Assembly: GCA_964035545.1 (NCBI GenBank)
Contig: OZ037765.1
Coordinates: 24,427,504 to 24,491,503, forward strand
Source of the DNA: Bugula neritina
Lineage: Eukaryota > Animalia > Bryozoa
Direction: 5' to 3'
DNA length: 64,000 nt
Shown here: one piece after another, positions 47,791 through 61,906 of the stretch
Numbering within the stretch: position 1 is the stretch's first letter
Layout: each line of letters opens with the position of its first letter
The notes under the pieces: model-generated
What the model was told of the DNA's origin: nothing
Database searches by the model: none
What the model saw: the letters and a program-made list of their open reading frames with translations, nothing else
Translations under genes and position numbers: made by a program

Positions 47791-50700
47791 TCAATATTTG
47801 CCATGTTTGATCTTATTCTTCTTAGATTGAATTGCATCATACACAGGATTGTGGCTACCACACACACTGTAATAGAAAAAGAAAGGAAAATGAGGTAATA
47901 AGCTTCTGACTGCACACAGTTTACAAGTAGTGGCCTAATCAAGAACCTAATAATAGCTGCCGATGATAGTGTCAAAAATTATCACAAAACGAACAGTGCT
48001 TTAATATAAATGCGAAAAACTTCTCCGATATTGAAATTCCAGATAAAAAATCACGAACATACTATTACAAATTAACTAACTGCATGTAAATAATAAAAGC
48101 AACTACATAACTGTTACATGCATAAGCATGGCCAGTACTCTAACTCTTCAACAGTGCATCAAGAAAAACTACAATGTCAAACAATAACTATAACAAAACA
48201 ATTATATGAAAATGCTGACAGCGGATAATTCCATGCCAACAACAATCAAAATGAGCACAAATTTTACAAACTTGGTCCGACAAACAGCACAAACTAAACA
48301 CACAGTAAAGCAACCGCAAATATCACTCAGCAAACTCATAAGATGAGGTAAATCGAGTATATAATCACATTCTAGCACAGTTAGCAGAAGAAAGTGGTGA
48401 AAGTAGGCATGGTGTTAGAGAAACAAATGTTATTGATAGAAATATTAGCTGGCAATGTTGATAGCCTAGAACATGAACATGATAATTACCATGCAGTGAC
48501 TTTGGAAGTTATCATGTACCAGTCAGCGTCCTAAATTGAACACATTCAATAAACATTGAGGAAAAGGAAGTAATGCATGAAAGAAAGAGCAAAATGGCAA
48601 ATATTGTAAAATTGTACATGATAAAAAACAAGAAGAATTATTGATTTGTACAGCTGGGATTGGTAAAGTGTGAATCATAAGTCTTACTTAATGCATTTAA
48701 TCCAGTCTTCCATTTCAGCAGCAGAGGCAGCAGACATCTTGTAGACGTTATGTCGTCCCTCCATCACCTTCCCACTCTTCTTATCCGTCTTGCACGCCTT
48801 GATGCAATCTGTGTGGAGACCAAAGAGCTCAAAGCAATGAGCTCTAGACTGCTCTTCAGCACACTCTCGTACACTTAGACTCTCCAAAGGTATGATGCCC
48901 CGAGGCTCCTTATCCTAGTAATGGCAAGTAACATATTTTTCATATATAAGAGTATCTTTACTTGCATTGGTCTAGGGCAGTCATGAGCCTTTTGAGCTGG
49001 TAAATGTGGCCTTTTGGTAAAAATAAAAAAATAGTTTAGTTTCAATCCTTTCTGAATTTTGCTTTTTACTAATTCCCAAGTTTACTATATGAATCATGGC
49101 TGCTAGCACATATTATTGTGAACAGCTATTCTCTCAAATGGGGTATGCCAAAAGCAAATTTAGATTGAGGCCAACAGACTCCTATTTGACCGATATCCTT
49201 CAGAGATCGGCATCGGACATTGAGCCAAATTGTCAAACCATACTGTGCTCTGTTCAACGTATAAAATATGCTTACTTTCCTGAACAAATCAATTTATTCT
49301 CCTGGATCTTTTTTCATAACAAAATAAAAGCATATCAAATTCGAAAATAGGCTTTAAATAATAATAGATAGAGGGTTTTGACAGTGAAATTGAGACTGAA
49401 CTTTCTAGTGGCCTTGTTGGTGGCTCAGGTTTTTTTTAACGGCCTTTTCCCAAAAAAGGTTGAGCACCCATGGTCTAGGGATTAGACTTTACAGTATTGG
49501 TTTAGTAAACATCAAGTCATGGGTTCAAACCCCATTAAAGGCCATTGGTGATGTTAGGAAGAGCATCCAGTCATATTTGCTCCTGCGCCACATTTTAGAC
49601 CAATTTAAAAACCTCTTCCATCAGGTGTTCTTACAAGGATAGCATTTAATTAGAGAAATATTGAGGAGGTTAGCTCACCGCAGTATACTCAAAGTAATAG
49701 AGGCATTTCCCACTCAGTATAAACCACCTTCTCTTCCAGCTCCTATACCGGCCACCTGTAAAACACATTATTTGGTATACTAAAGCATTGCATAGAGGTC
49801 ACGTGTTGTAAAATATATTAGCTGGTATTTTAGAAGCTTTGTTCTAGCAGCTCTAAAATACTTCAATTTCACATAGTATTCTTACCAGCATAAAATCTTG
49901 ATACAATGTCATGATAGTTGATTTTAAGTGATATAAATCCCAAATAATTAAATTAAATTAAATTAATTACAAACTTGATGAATAAACTTCCAAGCTTGAG
50001 GCTTGGAATATCTCCAAATTTGAATTGCTTCTCACTTTATTTTAAAGAGAAAAGTTCTAAATTAAAAACCTACCTTGCTTCCAGAGCCAGCCCTCCTTGT
50101 CCGGGTTGAAAAAAGTATTATTTAGATCATTCCCATCATCTTCTGGTATCTTGAATGGCTCCTTCTTGATAGAATCATATATACTCTACAAATAACAAAA
50201 TTGACAGAATCATCAGTAATTTACTGAGAAGTTGCAGCTTAAATTTTGAGACAAAACAAAATAATTGAAGTTGAGAATCAGCTGCTGTTCTACAACCTTA
50301 GCTTTTGTTATTTTTCCTCAAATTCTGGTGAGGAGGAAGATAGTAGTAATAAACTCTGTCAAAATAAATATAAACTTTTCTACAAACCTCTAGCAGTTCT
50401 CTAGGCAGATCTCCGCCATCATTGATGCCTCGATTCATGCTAACAAACTGCTCAATGTCTGGCTTATTCTTAACGCTAGGATTGTGCAGGCTGGTATTCA
50501 GCATTATAATGGAGAAGGCCAGGACGTAGCACGTATCTACAAAGTGTAAACAGTTAATGCTACAAATTGCAAAACAAAATGATAGTAAAGGACTAAAGCA
50601 GCCATTAACAAAAATACTATCTATAAGTTTCACAATAGTCTAGTGACTACTGTATGTAAGCTATAAATAATTAGACAGTTTGAAAGATATGATCATCAAG

Positions 50701-52584
50701 CTGACAGCGTCTGATCTTGCCGAGACTATATAGCAGTATATTTATATGCGTCACAGTAGAAGCAGGTGTCTACCTGTAGTTGTAAATATTCCTGGATTGA
50801 GATCACAATATCTCTCAGCAAACTTCTCCATCATTCTATCAATCTTCTGAGCCTCACCAGGCAAACGGAAACTCCATAAAAATTGTCTTAAAGCTGAGAC
50901 AATCAGCATATCCTGCAGTTCTTGCAAATTAACAAACGCATTTAGCACATCCAAATTAAACTCTTCTCTACAAACAATACATGACAGAGATGTATCAGAA
51001 AGCTCAAGAGAAAAACTCATGTTAATACAGGCAGGACAGTTCATCATACAAATTCGCACTTGAACTGTAAATTTACAGGAAATATTCTAAATGTTCATAC
51101 TTTTCTCCTAGATAGTCACCAATGGCTGTTTTATTTAATCCATCACTGTATAGAAACTTGGCCACTTCTTCGCAATTAGGCTCAAGGAGTTCTTGATCAA
51201 TCAGGTAGGCAATGCCCTAGAAAATACAAGATGTACCTGATATGTATAACTTTTTATTTATAATTGCTTTACTGCTGTAAAAATGCTACATAAATAAATG
51301 ACAATAGAAGCAACCATACACGTTAACATTTCAAACTAGTTGTAATTCAAGTTCAACATTCAACAAACTTAATCTCAATACCCAATAATTATTAGAGGTT
51401 TTGTATATTTCAGTTTTGTATATAAACATTAGTGAAGGAGCTTTTATAACGACATGAATCTTTAGATTTTACACCTTCACTTCATTTATTCATAATAAGC
51501 CATTGTGAGATAAGCCAGTTTTGGCAACTTTAGCATAATTTACAGAATACTAATTACTGTACTATGTTTATTTCACTTCATCCATGTATTCTTATCAGAA
51601 ACATGTTTGCAGACATCTTAACACATACCTTTGTGGGATTCAAATTAAATTGCCTTTTACCAGCAAGGAGCTTCTTTTCTCTAGTGTTTTCTCGACTAAA
51701 ATCCAGGGTATAGTATTGGAATAATTTGCAGTATTACGCGATATGGACTACTGAATACCAACCAATTCAATAAAATCTTAGCTAATGGACCTTGATTAAA
51801 CGTTGCAACTCAATTAAAAATTGTTAAGTAGCTATTATTACCTCTCCTCATCAACATCCATAGTATCCATTTCCTCTGAGATTCCATGTATTTCTCGTTG
51901 TAAGGACTAAAAGCATAGTTACTTTGGACTAAACAAAAACTTAATGGTTAATAACAAGCACACAATCCAAAAGGGATCATCATCAGTTAGAGCATCAGTT
52001 TGGTAAGCGCAAGGTCATGGGCCACTAGTGTCATGACGAGTGTCTGGTCACAATCACATTTGTACACCAAATACACAGTCCGCATGTCACTTAAAGTCCT
52101 TGTCATCAGAGGTTCTAATAGAGATGGAGAGAGTTAACAATCTACAAGCCTATTTAACTAAAAAAACAAGATGTAGCATACATTTTTAAAACTGTTAATA
52201 AGCTTTTATTTGACTTTTAGTTACTCCTAAATGAATAATTATTATATTAAAATATAGTATACAGAATAGAAAAAAAAGCTATTTGAATTTTCCATCAACT
52301 TAAAAAAGATAAAACGTTATACTCTTACTTACTCTTATATCTTCTATGAGCTGCTCCTTCCGCAATCGAATTTTGTCGAGAAGACGACGCTCCTCATCCG
52401 TTAAATCTACAGAGAGAACGTGCATAAAATAGTAAAATGAAGATTACTAAACTTATCAAAAAAAGGAATTATAACTACCTATAAATCGAAGCATTGGAAA
52501 TCCTATTAACAAAAAATTATTCCTTTATTTTCCCATTCAAATGTTACACTAACCATTCATATCTATCCCTGCATCCATTTTCAT
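47791..52584 (-). CDS. CYTH: Cytohesin / steppke ARF-GEF (coiled coil, Sec7, PH, polybasic tail), multi-exon; start tentative
   Basis: [59 protein letters not shown]|[20 protein letters not shown]...EDWI; last exon 47791-47866 ([20 protein letters not shown]). Confidence 0.93.
48978..49472 (+). mobile_element. hAT (Charlie/Buster-type) DNA transposon remnant
   Basis: 8-bp TSD GTCTAGGG (48970-48977, 49473-49480). Right end ggttgagcacccatg. Internal peptide [31 protein letters not shown]....S.IEP resembles the hAT C-terminal dimerisation domain. Confidence 0.78.
49473..49600 (+). mobile_element. tRNA-derived SINE body (its A-box interrupted by the hAT insertion)
   Basis: Reconstituted TGGTCTAGGGATTAG A-box; B-box GGTTCAAACCC (49522-49532); body ggtgatgttaggaagagcatc similar to the ~4500 copy. 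Confidence 0.55.
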
Positions 52585-52849
52585 ATTGATGACAGTAAGT
52601 GGAGAAGATACCAGTGTTGAATCTGGAAAACAAAAGCATATATTCAATTACACAAACAGCACAAACGTCAAGAATACCAAATTTATATAAGCCATAAAAG
52701 AAAAAGAGGACAACTTTATCATTTTACGTCTACTATTAACTGTGAAATATTGTTAGAAATTTTGAGATATAGGATTTGTTAGTGGGCCTATAATCTTCAA
52801 GACTTCACCTGAAAGCGGTATTTAGAAATATAATTAAACTGTAAACCAC

Positions 52850-55800
52850 TATGAGTATTACTAATAGTACCATAACTTAGAACATAACCATTCTAAAAGC
52901 GACATAATGATGATGCTTTAAACAATTACTATAAGTATCCCAATGTCACTATAAAAATTAGGCTTATACTTATATGCTATAAAATTACGCTTACACTTAT
53001 TTTTCTAGTGAGAATGTGAGCTCATAAGAGTGGCTAAATTAGTCATTAAAAATAATATGAAAGTAGTTCAACAGAAAAGCTAAAGTTAGTAGACTTGCTC
53101 TTAGAATTACTCTCACTGTGAGTTTGATTCAGAGCCACATTTAATTATAAAACTAACTGAAAAACTAAGCTTAACCTAGCTGAATATGAATGTGACAGTG
53201 AAAAAATGACAGTGAGTTCACTGAGTACCAGCATGCCTATGAGTATGAAGTGGAGTATTAGCGTAACCATTATAAAATTATTCATAATTATAGTGATTAC
53301 AATTATTAGATTTAGTAGCAATTAATATAATCATTATTATTGTGATCATGATATTGATAAGCCATAATATTAATTACATTTCTCTCAATATTGAATTTGA
53401 AATTCATATAATGATTATATTTATAATAATTATCAATTTAATAACAAATATACTAACACTTTTAGTCAATAATCACAAAGCCAAGATGATGATTATAATT
53501 ATATTCATTATCATTATAATTATCGCTACGATTATGATAACTGATAAGTTAAAGGCATAAACTTAAAGTGATAATTGATCTTGATAACTCATAACTATCA
53601 ACTGGTAAGTGATAAGTCTTAGGTAAAGCCGAAAATGAAAGACTAGAATCAAAATAAAAATGACCGAAGCCCAGAGGCAAAGAGAAAGGACTAAAGGCAA
53701 AAGTTAAAACTTAAGACTAAAAAGTATTTTTTGTAAAATTTTACTTTTTATGTTACTCTTAGACTTAAGTCTTAACCCTTAGCCCTTAGGCCTTAGGGCT
53801 TAGGACTTTTACTTTAGAGTTTAGTCAAGATTTACTCCAACTCTAACAGTTAGTCTTTAGGTTAGAGTTAGACCAGCATGAGCATGATGAATTGAATTAC
53901 AGCCTACGGCTAAAGTTAAACTCAAAATTTTCACTCAAATTCATTTTCAAACTGAAACTCAAACTGTAAACTTGAAGTTAAACTTTAAAATTAAAGTTAT
54001 CCAATAATATTAATTATAAATGAATAATTATAATACAAATTTTGATCAAAAATTTTTTGTAAGCAAATCTATATTGATACAGATACATGTACTTTCAGTT
54101 CTGTAAACTTGTATTTGTATAAGTTAATTTTTATAATCATCATCCGAATCTCCCTAATCATAATGATAATGATAAGCGTTGGTGTATTTTGAGCAATTCA
54201 CAACTTCCTTTTAGCTATAGCTTGCTTTAGTAGAAGATAACTCTGAAAGCAAATGAGACAGGTTTCGCGCAACTTCCCGTAAATGAAGAGAATGCACATA
54301 TAAAGAACCTGGATGTTGCAGTTTCTCCAATAGAAAAACAGTAGTAAAAGAAAGAAAACTGCATGTTTCCCATTGTTTGTATATCAATAGATTCCTACAC
54401 CGTTTCACTTTAGCAGTTGGTTTCAAACTCGAAATATGTTTTAGTAATAATCACTTATTCTTCACTCGCTTACTTAAAATTTTTCAACGGTAATACTAAT
54501 ACCCAATCTCATATTGATAGTTGATAACTATAAGTATAAGTATTAGTACAACACTTATGACTTAAAAACTATAACTTATAATAATAATTATATTTATTAT
54601 AAATATAAGTCAGATAATACTCAATCTCATACTCATAGTGATAGTCATAGTGATAGTCATAGCCAAACTCAATCACAATGAGTATGAATGTAACTATGGG
54701 TATCACTATCAGTATCATATTGATATTATCATTATCACTCACTATCATTATGACTATACTCTAAGTCTATAACTGTAACTATAAGTATTACTATTAGTAT
54801 TAGACTTAGTGATATTCATATTGATATTGATAACGATAATCATATTCATATTAATAGTATAACTATTATTATCAATATTTTTATTAGTATTACTATTACT
54901 ATTAGAGTAATTATTAGTATTGGTACTACTAACAGTAACAGTTATATTTATAGTATTTATATTGATTTTAATTGAAATTAATTTATTACTAGACAAAATC
55001 AAGTTATTATAATTATAAGACATGACCATAAATTGATAAAACTGTCAATCACAAAGATAATGACAAATGATTTTAATTATTTTCATTTATAATATTAAGT
55101 AAGATTAAATATAATATTGATTATTGATGGTCATCAGTATTATCATAATTATTACACTAATAAATATATTATAATTAATATTATATTTATGAGTTATACT
55201 TACAGCAATAATCATTTTAATGATTTTTCTAATATCAACTTTTTTTAATAAATACTGATGTTAAATTGAAATTTAAACTCAAATTTCACTCAAAGTTGAA
55301 GCTTTAGCTCTAATAATGAAAAAGAGGAAATAAAACTTATAGTTATGCTCAATCTTATACTTGTATTCAAATTTATAGTTAGACTAGTACTTGTAGTTAT
55401 GGCGGTACTCGTTACTGATATAACCTAAATTTAAATTTAAATAAATTGCTCAGACTTTAACTTTAGGTAATTCTAGTCTTAGTCAAGTGACAACTGACAA
55501 TTATACGTTTATTCATCTTGAAATTCATATTAGACATTGATACTGGTAGGCTAGTTGTAGCAATCATAGTGAATAAGTTATTATTGCAAAGTAAGTATCA
55601 GTATGAGACAGTTGATATTAAGTTTATACTTGTAGTTATATTTATATCAGCTACGAGTCGGAGTTATCACTTTTCAGTTTTGGGTTTGAGTATTCACATG
55701 ATATATTGGAGTTTAAGGTAATCGTATAACTATAAGAGAAAGATGAACTCTGACTCTAAGTCATCTTAATAGATAAGTCATAATGATAATTATCATGTCA

Positions 55801-55950
55801 TTTTGGCAATACTCAATGTGATGGTCCTAGCAAAAGTCATTTTGCACTTCAACTTGAATCTACCAGTTACTATAATTGTTGTAGTAATATTAATGTTACA
55901 GTAAAGGTGCTAGTAAAAGTAATAATATCACTTTGTCATTTATATTGAAT
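52850..55950. repeat. Degenerate 3/6-bp periodic AT-rich tracts flanking a non-repetitive core (~54150-54470) between the divergent CYTH and USP genes
   Basis: Runs of ataatt / atcata / gatagt / cttagg / aaactc-type units. Confidence 0.65.
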
Positions 55951-56211
55951 TTTGATGTCACTAATTAGCGAAATTATTTTTTAGGGTACACATTTTGTTT
56001 ATATGTCAATGTTTAACTAATTTCTATCCAGTAATTGATAATTTTCCTTTTAAAATTTTGATACATGCGTTTCTAGTAAACATAGAAACCTTGCTCTTTT
56101 TGCCTTTAACTAGTCTACTGTTAATTCTGGCAGATTTCTAGTTACAAGTTATAAGAATTATTGCTTGGAGTATGGTGGGCTTTCTGTAGTTGGCTGTTTG
56201 GTTTGCACATT

Positions 56212-59200
56212 ATGCCAGCTCTTGCTGCTGAATGGAGCTATATTGATCATTCACCCTCATCATATACTAGTGCCAGACCAACTGACTATGTGCAGTCCAA
56301 GTTTCTTACTTCTGCAACAAATAATTCAGCTATTTCATCAGGTATATTGATGATTAAACAATAAGTTACTTGCTAAAGTGTTAAGTGTTTGATTGCATAT
56401 ATGTTAATCTATTCCTTAAATTTAATGCTTTAGATGAAATATTTGGCCAAATAACTTGTTAACTTGCTACAATAATATTCCATATTGAGTATTTTTGGAA
56501 GAAAAAAGTAATAAATCCATTCACAAAGAGTAATAAATATATAGTGATTTATACCAAACTTGTAACAGATGTAGTCGAAAGATGCGATTTTATAGATTAT
56601 ATTAAATATTTTAGTATTCAGCACCAGATGATTTATTATATTGTTTAATTAAATTCTTTTTTTTAGCATAAATTACAATGCATGAGAATGTAATATTTAT
56701 TATTGCTGTTTAATGTGTTTTTGAATATGTGGTCTTATCCCATGCTATGCTTGGCCAGGTTCTACCAGCGTAGCACGTAACAGACCAGATCGAAATGATG
56801 GACTACCACCAGCAAAGGTGTCACTTTTCAACGAAGCCAAGTTGAAAATGAAATGGCCAGAAAAACGGATTGTTGGAGCCGGTCTTATAAATTTAGGAAA
56901 CACTTGCTTTATAAATAGTGTTTTGCAATGTCTTTCCTACACTGTTCCTCTTTCATGTCACCTTCTCAGTGGTAGCCACAAAAGCTCATGTAAGTTATAT
57001 ATGGTTTATTTTGTTTTTTAATTATCCTGTAGTTCAATAAAAAAGATTTTTCTACATGCTAAATAACGCCACAAAAAATATATAAATAAATATATAATAA
57101 TATCCAGTAATAGTATCAGCACATTTTAGTAAGAGTTACCAATGTAAATTTACTGTTATATGCAGGCAAAGAAGTTGGTTTCTGTATGCTCTGTCTGTTA
57201 CAAGACCATGTTACTCGAAGTGCTTTTCATCAAGGAGATGCCTTTAAACCATTGAAAGTTCTTCAAAACCTTAGAAGTAAGTCCTGGTTTCTTTAAAATC
57301 ATTTGTCTTATCATTTTGCTACAAATGACATTTCCAAATGGCCCTGGTATACAATGTGTAAATTCTATGAAGTTCTTGAGGAGTTTTAAATAGTATTGGC
57401 AGTAATTGGCTAGAGAAAGCACACCTGCTGAACCTGTAAGAAATGTTCTGTTATTACATTTGAAGGAATTTTATTATCATTAAGTCTCTGTTTTTATGTC
57501 TCATTCAGCTTACATCCAATTAAATACCACACTTTTCTATGGTAAATTCATGCAAAGTTCGCTCCTCTTAAAAAAGGACAACTCCAAATGAATTAGCCCT
57601 TTTGTTATTGCAGCCATAAATGTAATTGTTGTCTTATAGTGGAAACAAACCTGGCCAACATTGGTTTAGTTTTAGTTAATATTCCACTGTGTTTTCGCTA
57701 CACTCATTTTGCTTTGATTTTTTTATGAATCATAAGATGCAAAAGCTCAGAAATGCAAAAGCATTTCCTATAACTAGTTCTTTAATAGAGCTATCTTATT
57801 TTTACCTAACTACTATCATTTGAATGTGTTTGGTCTGTAAAGTAAAAGGTACTCTACTGTTTTGTAGACATAGCGAAATGTCTGACGTGGGGAAGGCAAG
57901 AAGATGCCCATGAATTTCTACGCTATGTCGTGGACTCCATGCAGAAGTCTTGTCTTTCAGGACTCAATGGGTTGGTACTTTACCTTTTACTTTGGTGTTT
58001 TTATGGATTTATGTAGACTTACAAGATTGCTAGCTGTAGAATGTTGTCGATATGAGCTGGTTTGCTGTAGTGTTTCATTTCCTCTCTGTAGACTGGATAA
58101 ATATAGCAAGGAGACCACTCTGGTACATCGAATCTTTGGTGGATATCTACGGAGTCAAGTCATGTGTATGCAGTGCCGACATGCTTCTAACACATTCGAT
58201 CCATTTTTAGACATCAGTGTGGAGGTCAAGGTAATCTAATTATATAAGTAGTCAACACTATAGAAGATATGCAAAATTATAATGCTGTTATGGTTAATGA
58301 CTGATTGCCTTGTTGAATTAAAAAAGTAAATACTTTGCCCTTAAGCCTCTACTAATTAATTAAGTTAAATTAATTCAATTAAATTGTTTATTGTTTTTCT
58401 GTTAGACTATATTATATAATGTTTATGCTATTTTAGGAGTCGAGCAATCTGGAGAATGCTCTATCTAAATTTGTCACACCGGAAACACTAGATGTAGAGA
58501 ACGCATATAAATGTGAGAGGTAAGTGTTACATTGTCATAATTTCTTACCTACTAGCAGTAGTATGCAGTAGTATTTCCTAAACTTGCATGCTTCCTGTAA
58601 ATATTTATTGGCAATTTGTGGAATTTTTAAAATTTATCATGCCCATGTTTGCAGTACCTCTCAAAACCTGGCTAAAATTTAGTTAGTTGAAACTAGCTTA
58701 GCTGCACTAAAGCACCTCTTAGTATAAGTGATGATGAATTAGTATGAAACATTTGCAGCTGCATGAAAAAGGTGTGTGCTCAGAAGAGATTTACTATACA
58801 CAAGGCCTCTAATGTACTCACCATACACCTGAAGCGGTTTGACATGAACAGGATGTTAGGCACCAAAGTAAGCCGTCACATCAAGTTTCCATCAGAGCTC
58901 AACATTCGTCCATATATGAGCGTTTCCACGGTAAGCTTTAGATTCTCGGGAATTATTTTATGTAATTTTTTTATCATTTGAATGTATATGCCAGTCTTGA
59001 AAAAAAAGTCGTTTACAATAATTACACAAATCATTTATTGCTTTCTGTATAATATGTTTCTCCTAAAGGGTATTCCAGTTTACTACTCACTCTATGGTGT
59101 CCTAGTTCATTCCGGCTTTAGTTGTAACTCCGGCCATTACTACAGTTATATAAAGGCACCAGATGACAGCTGGTACTGCATGAATGACTCCACTGTAAGT

Positions 59201-61906
59201 GCTTTAAATATCACATGCATCTGTATCAGTTTAATTATGAACATATTTTATTTTTAATATAGCTAGAAATTCATATTTGGAAGTAAGGGTTATTTCACTT
59301 GTTATTCTTATTATTTATTGTCATTGGCTTTAAATGTTCACTGGTAAATTTTTGAGTTGATGGAGAGTTGTAGTTTTTTCCAAACGTGTAGTGTTTGTTC
59401 TGTCTGATATCTGCAGTTTGAGAAGTTGTCTTCTTGAAAAATGAATTGATGTTCTAAACTCAAATCAAGTGACAATTGATTGCTAAAACTATTTTCTACA
59501 CTATTGGTAATTGAATGTAATCATGATTTTCTGGTTTAAAAACTCCATTAAAGAGACTTGCTGTCTTTCTGTTTGCAGGTCAGCAAGACTTCACAAAGTA
59601 CTGTGTTGAATGCTGAAGCATACATACTCTTCTATGGGAGACTGGAGAATAAAACCGTATATGTAAATGGAAAAGCTCCGTGCACCATTACCAGATATGG
59701 TATTTTCTAGCAAACAATATTCTTTAGCTTCTAAACTATTGTTGCACCTATTTTGTATTTGTTTTAAATAATCACTTCATTTGTTACCTTTGTATTTTTT
59801 AATTACGGCTTTCTATTTTTAGACACCAAATCATCATGCCACACCTCATCTAAAGGTAAAGTTATGATTGGGCCACAACTACCAGCTAGAAATATCCCCC
59901 CAAAAAGCCTAATCTATAAAGTAAACAAGCCAACAGCTGTTGTAGTCAATACAGGTTTACAAAGTCTTGTTCCATACCCAGAAGAGAGAGATTCCCCTGA
60001 ACGTGAGGTCAGTTTGATAGTAACTAATAGATACAACGTTTTGTTGTTAGTAACATATGATACAGCCTACTAGCAAGTAATTCTTCTTTTCTTATACTTG
60101 TTGTGTTTTTATTACGGTTGTGTTTTTATGAGGTCAGTTTGATAGTAACTAATAGATACAACGTTTTGTTGTTGGTAACATATGATACAGCCTACTAGCA
60201 AGTAATTCTTCTTTTCTTATACTTTTTGTGTTTTTATTTTACTGCTAAAGTACAATCTGATGTTTGTCTTGTTTCTTTTAAGGATGCCAGTAATGAAATG
60301 AATGCTCCCTCTCATAAAGTTGCTAAAGATATCATACGGCCGGCTCTTTCTAGCAAGTTAAATAGTTTTTCCAATTCATTGTTGAAGTTTACGCCCAGAT
60401 CTGTTGAACCAGCTGCTAAACCTAAGGTAGTCCTTGTACACGTTGATCATTTTAGTTGTACCAATATGATGTTATGTGCTTTGGGTTAAACGTGACATGA
60501 CATTATTTTGGACATCCAAGAATGCTGGTAATTTGTAATTTCTGTAATGGCCTTTTTCCACTAAAATGGGGACAGTTGCATGTATATATTTTTAAGTAAA
60601 CACTCGTAACCTTGTTTTATTGATTTAACCCTTTAGCCCATTACGTATTACATATTATTAAGCTATAGTCCAATATTAATTGAACTGGAAGTTATCTGTT
60701 ATAAAATCAACATATGACTTTGAAACCGGCCCTTTCACATTTGACATGTTTTATAAGTTGTTATAGCTATTTGATGAATGTTGCTGTTATATGTAGATGA
60801 TTCCGGAGACTCCAGCTGCTGAAAACATTCCAGATGTTGCTACCTCACACCTCACGCCCATTGAGATGGTGCACAATGGCTCTTCTCAAAAGTCCGATGG
60901 CACAACATTGATGAGTACTGATGTGGTTTCACCTTCTTGCTCTAATCACAAAACACAAACTGTCTCATATGAAGCATATACGGAAAATTCACTTCATCAA
61001 ACTGACATAGTAGTGGAGCAAAAGACTAAACAGTTAGAGCAGATTGAAAACAATGTTGGTTCAGCCAGAAAAGAAATTGACAATCATTCTTCTAAATGTG
61101 TTCAAAGTGACGAATATGACGATGACAGGCACAATGATGAGAATGTTAAAAAGTTAGCATTGTTTAAATTTAATTCTGCTGTCACTCATCGAAGCTATCG
61201 AACCTACAAAAACACTTTTGCTGACAAGACCAAATCTGATCACAGTCCCTCAGGTAGAGACTTGCCAGAAGACCACTCATCAAACAACACTAATGGTGCA
61301 TTATCTGTACATCATAGTACATCGCTAAAGCACAGTATATCACCACAGCAATGTAGCAGATCACAACATAGCAAATCACCCAGACGACGTAGTCGGTCAC
61401 AACATAGCAGATCACGACGACGTAGTCGGTCACAACATAGCAGATCACGACGACGTAGTCGGTCACAACATAGCAGATCGCGACGACGTAGTCGGTCACA
61501 ACATAGCAGATCACGGCGACGTAGTCGGTCACAATGTAGCAGACCGCGCCAGCATAGATCAGAACAATATAGCAGATCACCACTACGGCGTAGTGGATCA
61601 CCTCAACAACGGCATGAGCGATCACCCCAATCCAGTAGATCTTATAAACAGCACAGCAGATCATCTCAACACTATGGTCGCTCTTATCAAGAACATAGGC
61701 ATGGTAAAAGAAGCTATGTTGATCACACCAGGCACAAAGATGCATATTCACGCAAAGAAAGACCTTATTACGAGTCATATCAGATAGGTATGAAAGATTG
61801 TAGTCGTCAATATAAGGATCATCACAGGAGGTCAAAAGACCATGAAGATAGGAAATACTATAATTCACATCTGGTAAATGGGAAAGGCGATTCCAACAGT
61901 TGGTAG
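56212..61906 (+). CDS. USP36: Ubiquitin-specific protease of the USP36/USP42 (scrawny) family; first and last exon limits tentative
   Basis: DGLPPAK...KW....[21 protein letters not shown] (Cys box), [45 protein letters not shown] (His box), WYCMNDS, AYILFY; Arg/Ser/His-rich C-terminal exon. Confidence 0.9.
60004..60240 (+). repeat. ~110-bp tandem duplication (125-bp offset) that includes an exon-intron junction
   Basis: tgag|gtcagtttgatagtaactaatagatacaacg...cttttcttatact appears at 60004 and 60129. Confidence 0.9.
61385..61543 (+). repeat. Coding 33-bp tandem repeat (~5 copies; [11 protein letters not shown])
   Basis: Unit cgacgtagtcggtcacaacatagcagatcacga in near-identical copies. Confidence 0.9.

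Noticed and set aside
61290-61868. 192-aa antisense ORF with VICYVVTDY repeats
   Set aside because: Reverse complement of the coding 33-bp RS repeat.
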